Shown here one piece after another: positions 51,423-61,064 of a stretch of DNA of 64,000 bases. The DNA is taken from the NCBI GenBank assembly GCA_047150005.1, contig AP038806.1:1472001-1536000 (forward strand), in the 5' to 3' direction. This stretch comes from Nitrospira sp. (GTDB taxonomy: Bacteria; Nitrospirota; Nitrospiria; Nitrospirales; Nitrospiraceae). The position numbers and the translations under genes are program-made. The notes under the pieces are model-generated. The model made no database searches. It saw only the letters and a list, made by a program, of their open reading frames with translations, and was not told the DNA's origin. Position 1 is the first letter of the stretch. Each line of letters begins with the position of its first letter.

Positions 51423-52388
51423 GTGAACGGTGTAAGTCATGAGAGCCGAAAACTGACCGTGGAATCCAGGAAAGGGAGCGCAAGCCGCAATCTGATCCTG
51501 CTGGGGGCGCTCGCTGTGAGCCTGGTCTTGACCCCGTACGGCTTTGCCGACGAGGGGACCAAGCCGGGTGCGTCGACACAAATGAAGGTCAACGGGGTGG
51601 TCGAGAAGGTGAAAGGCACCCATGTTGTCATCAAGACTTCCTGGGGCCAGATGACCGTCGCAGCTCCGGTTCTTCCCAAGGGCCTCGAGCCAGGGGAAGA
51701 GGTCGAAATGTGGGTCAACGAGAATAATGCCGTGATCGATGTGCATCGGAAAGGTGACCCGAGCCATGCTCACAAGTTTGTGACCGGGGCTCTGGCCTAC
51801 ACGTCGGCGGACAAAACGGAGATCAAGCTACAGACACAGGAAGGGGAAAAGACCTACGACGTGCAGACCGGCAAGTCGAAGCTCTCCGCCATTACGGAAG
51901 GGACGCCGGTGACCATCGAGGTCAATGAAGCCGGGAAAGTGATCGATGTCCACCGGTTCACCGTCGAAATGCACTTCAATAAACAGCCGCGCACCAAGCC
52001 CGGCTACAACATCAAGGCGCATGGAGTGGTGGAGAAGATCCAGCCCGGCATCATCGTCGTCAAGGCGCCCGCGGCGACCTATCGACTGAACGCGAAATCG
52101 GCGCCGTCCGGCATCAAGGTCGGGGACGAAATCTCATTGTGGATCAACGAAGAGGGAATGGTCGTCGACCATCACATGAAGGGCCATGCTCAGCCGCACC
52201 GGCTGATCTCCGGCAAGTTGATCTATGTGGGAAAAACCAAGAAAGAGATCAAGCTCTGGACGCCCGATGGTGAAAAGGTGTTTCCGCTCGAGAGGCTCGA
52301 AGTCAAAGCCAAGCCGATCAAGGAAGGGTCCACCGTCACCGTCGAACTGAACGAGGAAGGGACCGTCGTCAACCTCTGGAAGTCCTGA
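51423..52388 (+). CDS. Exported protein with four beta-rich (OB-fold-like) repeats
   Basis: Signal peptide; repeats ending VNENNAVIDVH / VNEAGKVIDVH / INEEGMVVDHH / LNEEGTVVNLW. Confidence 0.8.
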   Translation: MNGVSHESRKLTVESRKGSASRNLILLGALAVSLVLTPYGFADEGTKPGASTQMKVNGVVEKVKGTHVVIKTSWGQMTVAAPVLPKGLEPGEEVEMWVNENNAVIDVHRKGDPSHAHKFVTGALAYTSADKTEIKLQTQEGEKTYDVQTGKSKLSAITEGTPVTIEVNEAGKVIDVHRFTVEMHFNKQPRTKPGYNIKAHGVVEKIQPGIIVVKAPAATYRLNAKSAPSGIKVGDEISLWINEEGMVVDHHMKGHAQPHRLISGKLIYVGKTKKEIKLWTPDGEKVFPLERLEVKAKPIKEGSTVTVELNEEGTVVNLWKS

Positions 52389-52417
52389 GCCAGTAATTCC
52401 TCGGGAATCCGCCCCAT

Positions 52418-52445
52418 CACGGCCTGGCGCCGGCGCCAGGCCGTG
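52418..52445. repeat. Perfect 28-bp palindrome
   Basis: CACGGCCTGGCGCCGGCGCCAGGCCGTG read directly. Confidence 0.85.
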
Positions 52446-52658
52446 GCTCAAGTCAAGATTGCTCCGATCAGGCGAATCACCCCATCGGCCGGTACGGGGC
52501 CACGGGCGGGCACCGGACGCCGGTCCCGGTTCTGACGGGGACAGACACCACGCGCTGACGCGGGGAAGGCTGTCAGTCCCCGGGCTCCGCGCAAATGTGA
52601 GCTGCTGAGCGACGCGCACATCGTTGGGTTTCGCCTCGTACCATTTTACGTAGGGAGC

Positions 52659-53723
52659 ATGTTCGTGAAACTCGCGAGTATTGGTGCCGCATGTTCAACC
52701 TGTGTTGAAACGCTGTCCTCGACAGGGCTTGGCAGCGAAAACGGTCGGACCTCTCATCCATTCCTGGGCTTCATCGATTCAGTATTTCGCGGGATTGGAC
52801 AGGTGATGCTGCAGAACAATAGTTATGCGGGCCTGATCTTTCTGGCCGGTATTTTTTACAACTCGATGCTGTTCGGCTGGGCGGTTCTGCTTGGAACGGC
52901 CGCGAGTACAGCGACCGCCGTGCTCCTTGGGGTCGATCGTGCTCACGTACGGGCCGGCCTGTTCGGTTTCAACGGTGCGCTCGTCGCTATCGCCCTCCTG
53001 TACTTTCTCGAACCGAGTATACTGGCCTGGGGCTATGTTGTTCTCGCCGCCGCCTGCACAACGGTCATCATGGCGGCTCTGTTCCATCTGTTGGGCACCT
53101 GGAAGATTCCCGCGCTCACGGCACCGTTCGTCCTCACAACACTGTGTTTCGTCTTGGCCACCGCACGGTTCGGCCGTCTGCATTCGACCGGCCTTCTACC
53201 GACCGCCGGGCTTCCGAAGGCAGCCACCGTTGAGGGCATCGTGACGGTTTCGACAGTCGTCGAGGGTCTCTTGACCGGTGTGGCGCAGGTCTTCTTCCAA
53301 GGCAACGCCATCACCGGCGTCTTCTTTGCCGTCGGACTCCTGATCAGTTCGCGAGGGGCTTGTGCCGCAGCCTTCCTGGGTTCATTCGTGGGATTGCTCG
53401 TCGCGTGGGGCATGGGGGCCGCCGAGCCGGCGATTCGCGCCGGGGCCTTCGGTTTTAACTCCGTCCTGACGGCGATTGCCCTTGGCAGTGGGTTTTTTGT
53501 ACTGAATGGAGCCTCAGCGGCATACGGAACACTGGCCGCGGTGACGACGGCGGTCGTGTTCGCGGCCATGTCGGCTGCATTGGAGCCTCTTGGGATGCCG
53601 GCACTGACGTCGCCTTTTGTGTTGGTCGTGTGGCTCTTCTTGTTGGCAAGTCCGCTTTTTCAGCGGTTTCAGACCGGACAAACGCTTGATGAAGTGGAGC
53701 GGCAACTGGACGAGACTGAATGA
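52659..53723 (+). CDS. Urea transporter (UT/Yut family channel)
   Basis: GIGQVMLQNN, GLFGFNG, PALTAPF, GVAQVFFQ, GAFGFN, PALTSPF duplicated UT motifs. Confidence 0.9.
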   Translation: MFVKLASIGAACSTCVETLSSTGLGSENGRTSHPFLGFIDSVFRGIGQVMLQNNSYAGLIFLAGIFYNSMLFGWAVLLGTAASTATAVLLGVDRAHVRAGLFGFNGALVAIALLYFLEPSILAWGYVVLAAACTTVIMAALFHLLGTWKIPALTAPFVLTTLCFVLATARFGRLHSTGLLPTAGLPKAATVEGIVTVSTVVEGLLTGVAQVFFQGNAITGVFFAVGLLISSRGACAAAFLGSFVGLLVAWGMGAAEPAIRAGAFGFNSVLTAIALGSGFFVLNGASAAYGTLAAVTTAVVFAAMSAALEPLGMPALTSPFVLVVWLFLLASPLFQRFQTGQTLDEVERQLDETE

Positions 53724-54002
53724 ATGCCGGTTGAGCTCACTCTATAGAGAAGTTGAACGGCATATGGCAATGGAATATCGCCAAGGTCTAGTACGACGGT
53801 AATGTAACCACTGGTTCGGACGTGAATGCAAGATGTCTTGTTGTGCGCTCGAGTTTCAGACTGGGTGTGGGCTAACGCCATGGGCATGATCGACGAAGTG
53901 GAGAAACCGACACATGTCCGGCAATGCTTCACGGCCGGGTACTGATGTGAAGGAGACCTCTGTGGCGATGCATTCGGTGACGGACAACGGAGGAGAGAAG
54001 GG

Positions 54003-54674
54003 ATGAAACGATTGATCGACGGCATTCATCGTTTTCAGTCCGGCGTCTTCGGCAGAAAGAAGGAGTTGTTCGAGCGACTCGCCAAGGGGCAAGAGCCGGA
54101 CGCGCTCTTTATCACCTGCTCGGATAGCCGAGTGAGCCCCACGCTTCTGACCCAGACGGTGCCGGGCGATCTGTTCATTCTGCGCAACGCCGGCAACCTG
54201 ATTCCACCCTATGGCCCGATTCACGGCGCCGAAGCTGCCGCGATCGAATATGCCATCGAGGCGTTGGCGGTCAAAGACATCATCATCTGCGGCCACACCT
54301 ATTGCGGCGCCATGAAGGCGGTGCTCGATCCGGCCTCGCTGGACAGTTTGCCGGCCACGAAGGGCTGGCTGACCTACGCCGAGGCCACGCGGCGGGTGAT
54401 GGCGACGCACTACAAGGACCTTCCGAAGGAGGAGCAGCTCGAAGTCTGTATCGAAGAGAACGTGCTTGTGCAGATCGAAAACCTTCGCACCCATCCGTCG
54501 GTGTTGGCGGCGATGAGCCGCGGCACCCTGCGGCTTCATGCCTGGATCTACGAGATCGAGAGCGGCAACGTGATGGCCTTCGACGACCAGGGCGGCCAGT
54601 ACCTCCCGGTTGCGGAGGCGGGACAGGGTATCGCGGAGCGCCCGGATCGGCTGTCACCGATCCATCAGATCTGA
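54003..54674 (+). CDS. Beta-class carbonic anhydrase
   Basis: CSDSRV, RNAGN, CGHTYCGAM. Confidence 0.95.
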   Translation: MKRLIDGIHRFQSGVFGRKKELFERLAKGQEPDALFITCSDSRVSPTLLTQTVPGDLFILRNAGNLIPPYGPIHGAEAAAIEYAIEALAVKDIIICGHTYCGAMKAVLDPASLDSLPATKGWLTYAEATRRVMATHYKDLPKEEQLEVCIEENVLVQIENLRTHPSVLAAMSRGTLRLHAWIYEIESGNVMAFDDQGGQYLPVAEAGQGIAERPDRLSPIHQI

Positions 54675-54742
54675 CCGAGATGTTCCTCTTGGCGTCACGA
54701 TAGTGGGAAAGCCCAGGAAACGAAAGGAACGGGTGATCGGTC

Positions 54743-56788
54743 ATGAGAACCCTTCTGAGTTCACGGCGTCGCGTCGCGGGTGTCACACTGGGGCTGCTCC
54801 TCTTGCTGGATCTCGGCCGGTCGATCTATGCGCGAGTGGGCTATAGTCAGCCCTTTGAAAACTGGCAACCGGACCCGACGGCCAATGCTGAACTCACCTG
54901 GCCGCCGGGAGCCGATGTACCCGCGGATATGCCGACCGGCAAGCGACTCTTTGCGCAGCGTTGCGCGGTCTGTCACGGCCCTGATGGTCGCGGCAACGGG
55001 CCGGCGGCCACGTCGTTGGTTCCCCGTCCTCGGGATTTCACCCGCGGCCAATTCAAATACAAGTCCACGCCGGCCGGTCAGCCGCCGAGTGATGCCGACC
55101 TGATCCGGACGATCTCGACCGGCCTCCGGGCCAGCGCGATGCCCTATTGGCAGGATATCCTGAGCGCGGAAGAGATTCGCGAAGTCGCAGGCCACGTCAA
55201 GAGCCTGTCGAACGCCTTTGCCGGTTCCCCTCCCACCACTCTGACCATCCCCCCGCGGGTCGCGCCTGACGCGGCCAGCATCGGCCGGGGAAGGGAATTG
55301 TTTAAGACGCAGGCCTGTATTGCGTGCCATGGTCCCGAGGGACGCGGCGGCGTTCGATTGGCCGATGCGAAAGGTCAACCGGTCATCTCCCGCGACCTCA
55401 CCGCGCCCTGGACCTTCCGGGGCGGGAGGGAGCCTGAGCAGATCTGGCTGCGGATCACCACCGGTCTTGCCCCCGGCCCCATGCCGTCGTTCGAAGACAA
55501 GACGACGCCGGGAGAGCGCTGGGATCTGGTGAACTATGTCCTGTCGCTGTCTCGGATTCCGCCCTGGGAACCGGGCGGGCAATTCGGCGGGCCCGGTCAG
55601 CTCGCCGATCCTATCAAGCGGGGCGACTATCTAGTTCATGCAGAAATGTGCGGACTCTGCCATACGCAGGCGACCAGGGGCGGCATCTATCGGGACGATT
55701 TTTATCTTGCGGGCGGACAACGGGTGGATGTCTGGCCGCACGGCGTCCTCGTGTCGCGCAACCTGACATCTGATCCTGACACGGGGCTGGGTCGCTGGAC
55801 GCCGGAACAGATTGTCGAGGCGATCCGGAACGGGAAGACGCCCGATCGACATCTGAACGTCTTCGACATGCCCTGGCATTTTTTGCATGCCCTCAAAGAC
55901 GACGATGCGCAGGCGATCGCCGGGTATCTCAAAACCCTGACGCCGGTCCGCAATGAAATTCCGCCGCCGCTCCGCTACGGAGTGCTGGAAACGGTCATCG
56001 GCAAGCTCACGCGTCCGCTCCCCGCGACCCTTCCCGAAACCATCACATTCCTGGATGGTAATTTCGGGCAATCCGCGTCCGAGCCGATCCGGCGCCATCT
56101 ACCCCAGCAGGTCCTGATCATGGCGCAATGGCTGGTGTTGGGCCTGGGCGTGGTGGCGTTCATCCTGGCCGGTCCGCGTGAACGGCGCTGGCCGCGTCGG
56201 CCCGTTGGATGGATATGGCTGGTTCTCGGGCTCGCGGGGATTGGAACAGTGGCGTTCCTCGTCCGAATCATCAATGACATGCCGGCTTCGTCCTTCATTC
56301 CGCCGGAGGTCATTGCCAAACCGGTCCTGGCGACAATCCATGAACCGGACCCGGCGGCGTTCCGGAGTCCCGAGCAAGGGGCGATGGTCATGCGAGGAAA
56401 GTATCTGTTTACGATCGCCTCCTGCGCCATGTGCCATCAGGGCAACGGAGAGGGGGCCAGAAAGACGAGTTGGGCGCCGGCCGGCACCAGGTGGTCGCGC
56501 AACATTTCCTCCCATCCGACGAACGGGATTGGCGCCTGGACCGATGCGGCCGTTGCCCGCGCGATTCGGAGCGGGGTCTCGGCGAACGGTCGAGCGCTCC
56601 ATTGGCAAGGGATGATCTGGGACTTTGCGTCGAATTGGGATGAGGAAGATGTCCGCTCTTTGATCGCGTACATACGAACGCTGCCTCCCGTTGACCGCAA
56701 GGTGCCGGACCCTCGGCCGCCGAGTGCGGAGGATTGTGAAAAGGCGACGATCTGGGTGGGAGAAAACGACCTACCCGGTTGTCGCTAG
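54743..56788 (+). CDS. Membrane-anchored tetraheme c-type cytochrome
   Basis: Four CxxCH (CAVCH, CIACH, CGLCH, CAMCH); N-terminal anchor; two TM helices between hemes 3 and 4. Confidence 0.88.
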   Translation: MRTLLSSRRRVAGVTLGLLLLLDLGRSIYARVGYSQPFENWQPDPTANAELTWPPGADVPADMPTGKRLFAQRCAVCHGPDGRGNGPAATSLVPRPRDFTRGQFKYKSTPAGQPPSDADLIRTISTGLRASAMPYWQDILSAEEIREVAGHVKSLSNAFAGSPPTTLTIPPRVAPDAASIGRGRELFKTQACIACHGPEGRGGVRLADAKGQPVISRDLTAPWTFRGGREPEQIWLRITTGLAPGPMPSFEDKTTPGERWDLVNYVLSLSRIPPWEPGGQFGGPGQLADPIKRGDYLVHAEMCGLCHTQATRGGIYRDDFYLAGGQRVDVWPHGVLVSRNLTSDPDTGLGRWTPEQIVEAIRNGKTPDRHLNVFDMPWHFLHALKDDDAQAIAGYLKTLTPVRNEIPPPLRYGVLETVIGKLTRPLPATLPETITFLDGNFGQSASEPIRRHLPQQVLIMAQWLVLGLGVVAFILAGPRERRWPRRPVGWIWLVLGLAGIGTVAFLVRIINDMPASSFIPPEVIAKPVLATIHEPDPAAFRSPEQGAMVMRGKYLFTIASCAMCHQGNGEGARKTSWAPAGTRWSRNISSHPTNGIGAWTDAAVARAIRSGVSANGRALHWQGMIWDFASNWDEEDVRSLIAYIRTLPPVDRKVPDPRPPSAEDCEKATIWVGENDLPGCR

Positions 56789-56927
56789 GGTCTAGACAAG
56801 AACGCATGCGGACGGCGGATCACGAGGTCATCGAGCATCCGATCGGCATTTAGGCGACCGGGTAACGACAGCCGACCCCTCTCGCCCTCTTGAGCCGTCG
56901 CGGTCCGATGCGCCATACTGAGCGCGT

Positions 56928-59516
56928 ATGGACCGGAATTCTGCCTCCCCTTGCGAGACGCTCGCTGAACGGTACCAAGCCCTCCTGGAGGTGGCGGAGG
57001 CGATTTCCGCCCACCGCGATCTGCACGAGCTGTTCAGCGATCTCGCCCAACGCCTCCCCCGAGTGGTGGAGGTGAATTTCGTGGCCCTGTCGCTCCACGA
57101 TCCCGCGCGCGGCGTGATGCGACTCCAGACCATTCAAGCGAACGTGCCGGCCGACCTGGTGGGCGGCCACGAGGAGCCGGTCGAGGAAACTCCCGCCGGA
57201 GTCGTGTGGCGAACCCAGCAACCGATTCTCGTGTCGGATCTTTCCGAGGAGCGGCGTTGGCCGACGGTGACCAGACGGATGCAGGAGGACGGCGTCAATT
57301 CCTATTGTGTCGTTCCTCTGACCACGGCCGTCCGACGGTTGGGCGCCATGGGGTTCGCGAGCCTGCAGAAGGGCGCCTATGGCGAGGCGGACGCGGAATT
57401 TCTTCAGGAAGTCGGCAAGCAGGTGGCGGTTGCCGTGGACAACGTCCTCCATCATCAAGACCTCGCTCATGATCGCGACCGGTTGCGTCTCCTTCTGGAA
57501 GTCACGGAATCCATCGCGTCACACCACGACGCAGACCGCTTGCTCCACGACCTCGCGCAGCGGCTCCCCCGTGTCGTGCCCTTCGACTTCATCAACATTG
57601 GGCTCCACGATCCTGTCAAAGACGTCATGCGCCTGTGGCTGTTGGTCACCTCGATCCCGAGCACGATCCAGCCCGGCCTTGAAATACCCGTCGACGAGTC
57701 TCCCGGCGGCCTCGTGTGCAAGACACAGCAGCCCTTGATGGTGAGCGACGTCGCACAGGAGCGGCGCTTTTCCGCCCTGATGGCGAAGTTACGGGAAAAC
57801 GGCGTGCAGTCGTTCGGAGTCGTGCCCCTCACCACGGCGAATCAACGCCTGGGAGCCCTGGGATTCGGCAGCTTGGATCGTCGAACCTACGACGCTGCCG
57901 AGATCGATTTCATGCACCAAGTCGCGAAGCAAGTCGCCATCGCCGTCGAGAACGCCCTGAACTACGAACGCGCGCAGTCGTCTCAGGCTCAACTGGCCCG
58001 CGAGCGCGACCGCCAGCGTCTCCTGCTCGACGTGAACAATGCCGTGGTGGCGCATCTGGATCTGGACGACTTGTTCACCGCCGTCAGCACCTGCCTGCGG
58101 ACGGTCATCCGGCACGACGGCTCCAGTCTACTCCTGTGCGACGAAGCGACCGGCGAGTGGCGCATCCGGGTCTTGGATTTCGCGACCAACGAGAGTTTCA
58201 TCGAACGCGGACGCACGGACGAGGTGATCTGGACCCCCTGCTGCGCGGCGATCGAGACAGGAAAGCCGGCGGTGTTCCGCGAACAGGATCTGCGAGAGAA
58301 GGCGGGGACTTCGGAAATCACGCGCCGGCTGCTGGAGAAAGGCGTCAAGTCATTCTGCAGCGCTCCGCTGATGTCGCACAACCGCGCACTGGGCGCCTTG
58401 AACATCGGCCGGCAAAAGGACGACGGATTTACGCAGGAAGACGTCGACCTATTCGGCCAGGTGGCGCAGCAGGTCGCCATCGCCGTCGAGAACGCCTTGG
58501 CGTACAAGCAGATCGCTCAACTCAAGGACAAGCTGGCGGAAGAGAAGCTCTATCTGCAGGAAGAGATCCAGACCGAGTACAACTTCGAGGAGATCGTCGG
58601 TGAAAGCCCCGCCCTCAAACGCGTGCTGAAAGAGGTGAAGACCGTGGCCGCGACCGATTCCACGGTGCTGATTCTGGGTGAAACGGGAAGCGGAAAGGAA
58701 CTGATCGCCCGCGCCCTCCACAATCTCAGCGACAGGAAGGAGCGAACGTTCGTCAAGCTCAATTGCGCCGCGATCCCGACCGGGTTGTTGGAAAGCGAAT
58801 TGTTCGGCCATGAGAAAGGCGCGTTCACCGGCGCCATTGCGACGAAGCTCGGCCGCTTCGAGCTGGCCGACCGTGGAACTCTCTTCCTCGACGAGGTCGG
58901 CGAGATTCCCCTGGAGTTACAGGTGAAATTGCTCCGGGTGTTGCAGGAGCAGGAGTTCGAACGATTGGGGAGCACGCGAACCATTCGTGTCAATGTCCGT
59001 GTGGTCGCGGCCACGAACCGCGATCTGGCGCAACTCGTCGAAGAGCAGAAGTTCCGGAGCGATCTGTATTATCGACTGAAAGTCTTTCCGATCACCGTGC
59101 CGGCGCTCCGCGATCGGACCGAAGATATCCCCTTGTTGGTTCGGCACTTCGCCCAAAAGTTCGCGCAACGCATGAAAAAGCGCATCGAGACGATCCCCTC
59201 GGAAGCTATGAGAGCCCTGCAATCCTATCCCTGGCCGGGGAACGTCCGCGAACTGGAAAACTTTCTGGAGCGGGCGGTGATTCTGTCGTCCGGGTCCGAG
59301 CTGTTCGTGCAACTGTCGGAACTGAAACGCCCGATCGGCACAGTCAATGGGTCCGTCACGACGCTCGAGGAAGCGGAACGAGAGCACATTCTGAAAGCGC
59401 TGCGGGATTCAAGCTGGACCATCGGCGGTCCTTCGGGCGCCGCTGCCAAGCTCGGGATGAAACGGACGACACTCCAGTCCAAAATGCAGAAACTGGGCAT
59501 TGCCAGACCCGCCTGA
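56928..59516 (+). CDS. FhlA-like sigma54-dependent activator with three GAF domains
   Basis: [34 protein letters not shown]-terminal Fis HTH; three repeats ending VAIAVEN/VAVAVDN. Confidence 0.93.
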   Translation: MDRNSASPCETLAERYQALLEVAEAISAHRDLHELFSDLAQRLPRVVEVNFVALSLHDPARGVMRLQTIQANVPADLVGGHEEPVEETPAGVVWRTQQPILVSDLSEERRWPTVTRRMQEDGVNSYCVVPLTTAVRRLGAMGFASLQKGAYGEADAEFLQEVGKQVAVAVDNVLHHQDLAHDRDRLRLLLEVTESIASHHDADRLLHDLAQRLPRVVPFDFINIGLHDPVKDVMRLWLLVTSIPSTIQPGLEIPVDESPGGLVCKTQQPLMVSDVAQERRFSALMAKLRENGVQSFGVVPLTTANQRLGALGFGSLDRRTYDAAEIDFMHQVAKQVAIAVENALNYERAQSSQAQLARERDRQRLLLDVNNAVVAHLDLDDLFTAVSTCLRTVIRHDGSSLLLCDEATGEWRIRVLDFATNESFIERGRTDEVIWTPCCAAIETGKPAVFREQDLREKAGTSEITRRLLEKGVKSFCSAPLMSHNRALGALNIGRQKDDGFTQEDVDLFGQVAQQVAIAVENALAYKQIAQLKDKLAEEKLYLQEEIQTEYNFEEIVGESPALKRVLKEVKTVAATDSTVLILGETGSGKELIARALHNLSDRKERTFVKLNCAAIPTGLLESELFGHEKGAFTGAIATKLGRFELADRGTLFLDEVGEIPLELQVKLLRVLQEQEFERLGSTRTIRVNVRVVAATNRDLAQLVEEQKFRSDLYYRLKVFPITVPALRDRTEDIPLLVRHFAQKFAQRMKKRIETIPSEAMRALQSYPWPGNVRELENFLERAVILSSGSELFVQLSELKRPIGTVNGSVTTLEEAEREHILKALRDSSWTIGGPSGAAAKLGMKRTTLQSKMQKLGIARPA

Positions 59517-59550
59517 CTGGAACCAGTGTGACCGCCACACCCTCCCTGTC

Positions 59551-59584
59551 TGCCGAATCCTCGGCAGGTGCCGACATCTCGGCG
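59551..59584. promoter_or_regulatory. Tandem upstream activator sites (TGCCGA-N4-TCGGCA)
   Basis: TGCCGAATCCTCGGCA (59551-59566) and TGCCGACATCTCGGCG (59569-59584). Confidence 0.7.
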
Positions 59585-59693
59585 TCGGCACCGCTCAGCC
59601 GAGCGTCATCGGTGGCGAACAGCTCTCTCGTTCCTGATCCCATCTGTCCATAGTTTCGATAAGTTAAGCCCATCCTTTCAGCCTGTGGATCTG

Positions 59694-59709
59694 TGGAATG
59701 ATCGTTGCC
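59694..59709 (+). promoter_or_regulatory. Sigma54 -24/-12 promoter of the dedA-rhodanese gene
   Basis: TGGAAT-GATCG-TTGC (GG-N10-GC). Confidence 0.7.
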
Positions 59710-59764
59710 AAGACCGTGTTGGCAAGCCGATCCATCAACGGACGGCGTAAACACGGAGCGGCAG

Positions 59765-60721
59765 ATGAACGACTTTGTAGGATTCTTGATGGAACACGGC
59801 GCCATCGTCGTCTTTGTCGCCGTCCTCGCGGAACAGATCGGCTTACCGGTGCCTGCTGTGCCGTTTCTTGTCACGGCCGGCGCCTTGTCCGCTTCCGGGC
59901 ACGTGGATCTGGCCGTCGCCGCCGGCGCAGCCGTGCTCGCGTCGCTGGTGGGCGATCAGGTGTGGTTCGAATTGGGCCGGCGACGCGGCCGTCAGGTGCT
60001 GGGCTGGCTCTGCCGGATTGCGATCGAGCCGGCTTCATGCATCCGGCGGACAGAGCATGTTTTCAGCCGTCACGGCGTCAAGTCTCTGATCGTCGCGAAG
60101 TTCGTCCCCGGCTTGAGCACGATCGCCCCTCCCCTCGCCGGCATCGTGGGGTTGCGCCTCTCGCAGTTCCTGCTGTTCAACGGGGTCGGCACGGTCCTCT
60201 GGGTGGGGACAGGTTTGGGGCTGGGATACATGTTTACTGATCAGCTCGAACGGGCGTTGTCGGTGAGCGCCGGCCTCGGGCCCATCGTCGGGTTGTTCGC
60301 AGCGGTAGGAGCGATCGGTTATGTCGTCTTGAGGGTGCTCAATCGATATCGCGGCGGAGATCCGGTGCCACGAATCACCCCCCGTGCAGTGCGGGAGAAA
60401 CTCCGTGCGGGAGAGCAGCCGATCATCGTTGATTTGCGTCCACTGGGCGCCCGCCGAGAGAAGGTGGGGATCCCTGGGGCGTTGTCGTTGTCGGCCGAGG
60501 AGGTCGTCGCAGGGCATCACGACCTTCCTCGGGATCGAGATGTGATTCTCTACTGCGATTGCCCGGGCGACGCGGGAAGCATCGCGATCGCCCGCCTCCT
60601 CCGCGAGAAGGGTCTCACAGGAGTGTGGCCGCTGGCGGGCGGGATTGAGGCCTGGCGAGCCATGGAAGTCGAAGAACGTGAGATAGAACGCGAGTCGACC
60701 GGTCATCCCGTAGCGGCCTGA
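59765..60721 (+). CDS. DedA (VTT) membrane protein fused to a rhodanese-like domain
   Basis: EQIGLPVPA, GDQVWF, AKFVPGL, then IVDLR, IPGAL, YCDCP, LAGGIEAW. Confidence 0.9.
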   Translation: MNDFVGFLMEHGAIVVFVAVLAEQIGLPVPAVPFLVTAGALSASGHVDLAVAAGAAVLASLVGDQVWFELGRRRGRQVLGWLCRIAIEPASCIRRTEHVFSRHGVKSLIVAKFVPGLSTIAPPLAGIVGLRLSQFLLFNGVGTVLWVGTGLGLGYMFTDQLERALSVSAGLGPIVGLFAAVGAIGYVVLRVLNRYRGGDPVPRITPRAVREKLRAGEQPIIVDLRPLGARREKVGIPGALSLSAEEVVAGHHDLPRDRDVILYCDCPGDAGSIAIARLLREKGLTGVWPLAGGIEAWRAMEVEEREIERESTGHPVAA

Positions 60722-60835
60722 CGCGAGCCCGCGTCACACCACGACGCGGCCCCCTTTCTCTTTGTATTCTTCGTCTGGTTGCAATTCCATTCCATGCAGG
60801 CGTCCGCATCGCGTCTGTCACCCGTGTCCCCTCCG

Positions 60836-60869
60836 CGCCGAGATGTCGGCATGCGCCGAGATGTCGGCA
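60836..60869. promoter_or_regulatory. Tandem upstream activator sites (CGCCGA-GATG-TCGGCA x2)
   Basis: Two identical 16-mers at 60836-60851 and 60854-60869. Confidence 0.7.
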
Positions 60870-60978
60870 GATTTGCTTCGTCGCAGATCTCCCGTCTCCG
60901 TAATGTGGTGCTCCCTTCTCGATAAAAAATCCTCTTGTTGATCGGTAGTTAGCATCCCTCTGCCTGATTCGTCGTGAA

Positions 60979-60994
60979 GGGTACGGGCATTGCT
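60979..60994 (+). promoter_or_regulatory. Sigma54 -24/-12 promoter of the RND operon
   Basis: GGGTAC-GGGCA-TTGCT (GG-N10-GC). Confidence 0.7.
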
Positions 60995-61064
60995 GCATCA
61001 CACCGTCTGTAGGAAGGCCTGGTAGGTCCTATCTTTTCACCGGCAGGCATGTGGGAGGTCGCAC

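Noticed and set aside
54675..54742. GGGAAAGCCCAGG resembling the 3' part of a ykkC/guanidine-I riboswitch
   Set aside because: The conserved 5' elements are absent and the gap is too short.
60836..60869. Direct repeats as a mini-CRISPR
   Set aside because: Only two 16-bp units with a 2-bp gap and no cas genes; better explained as activator sites.
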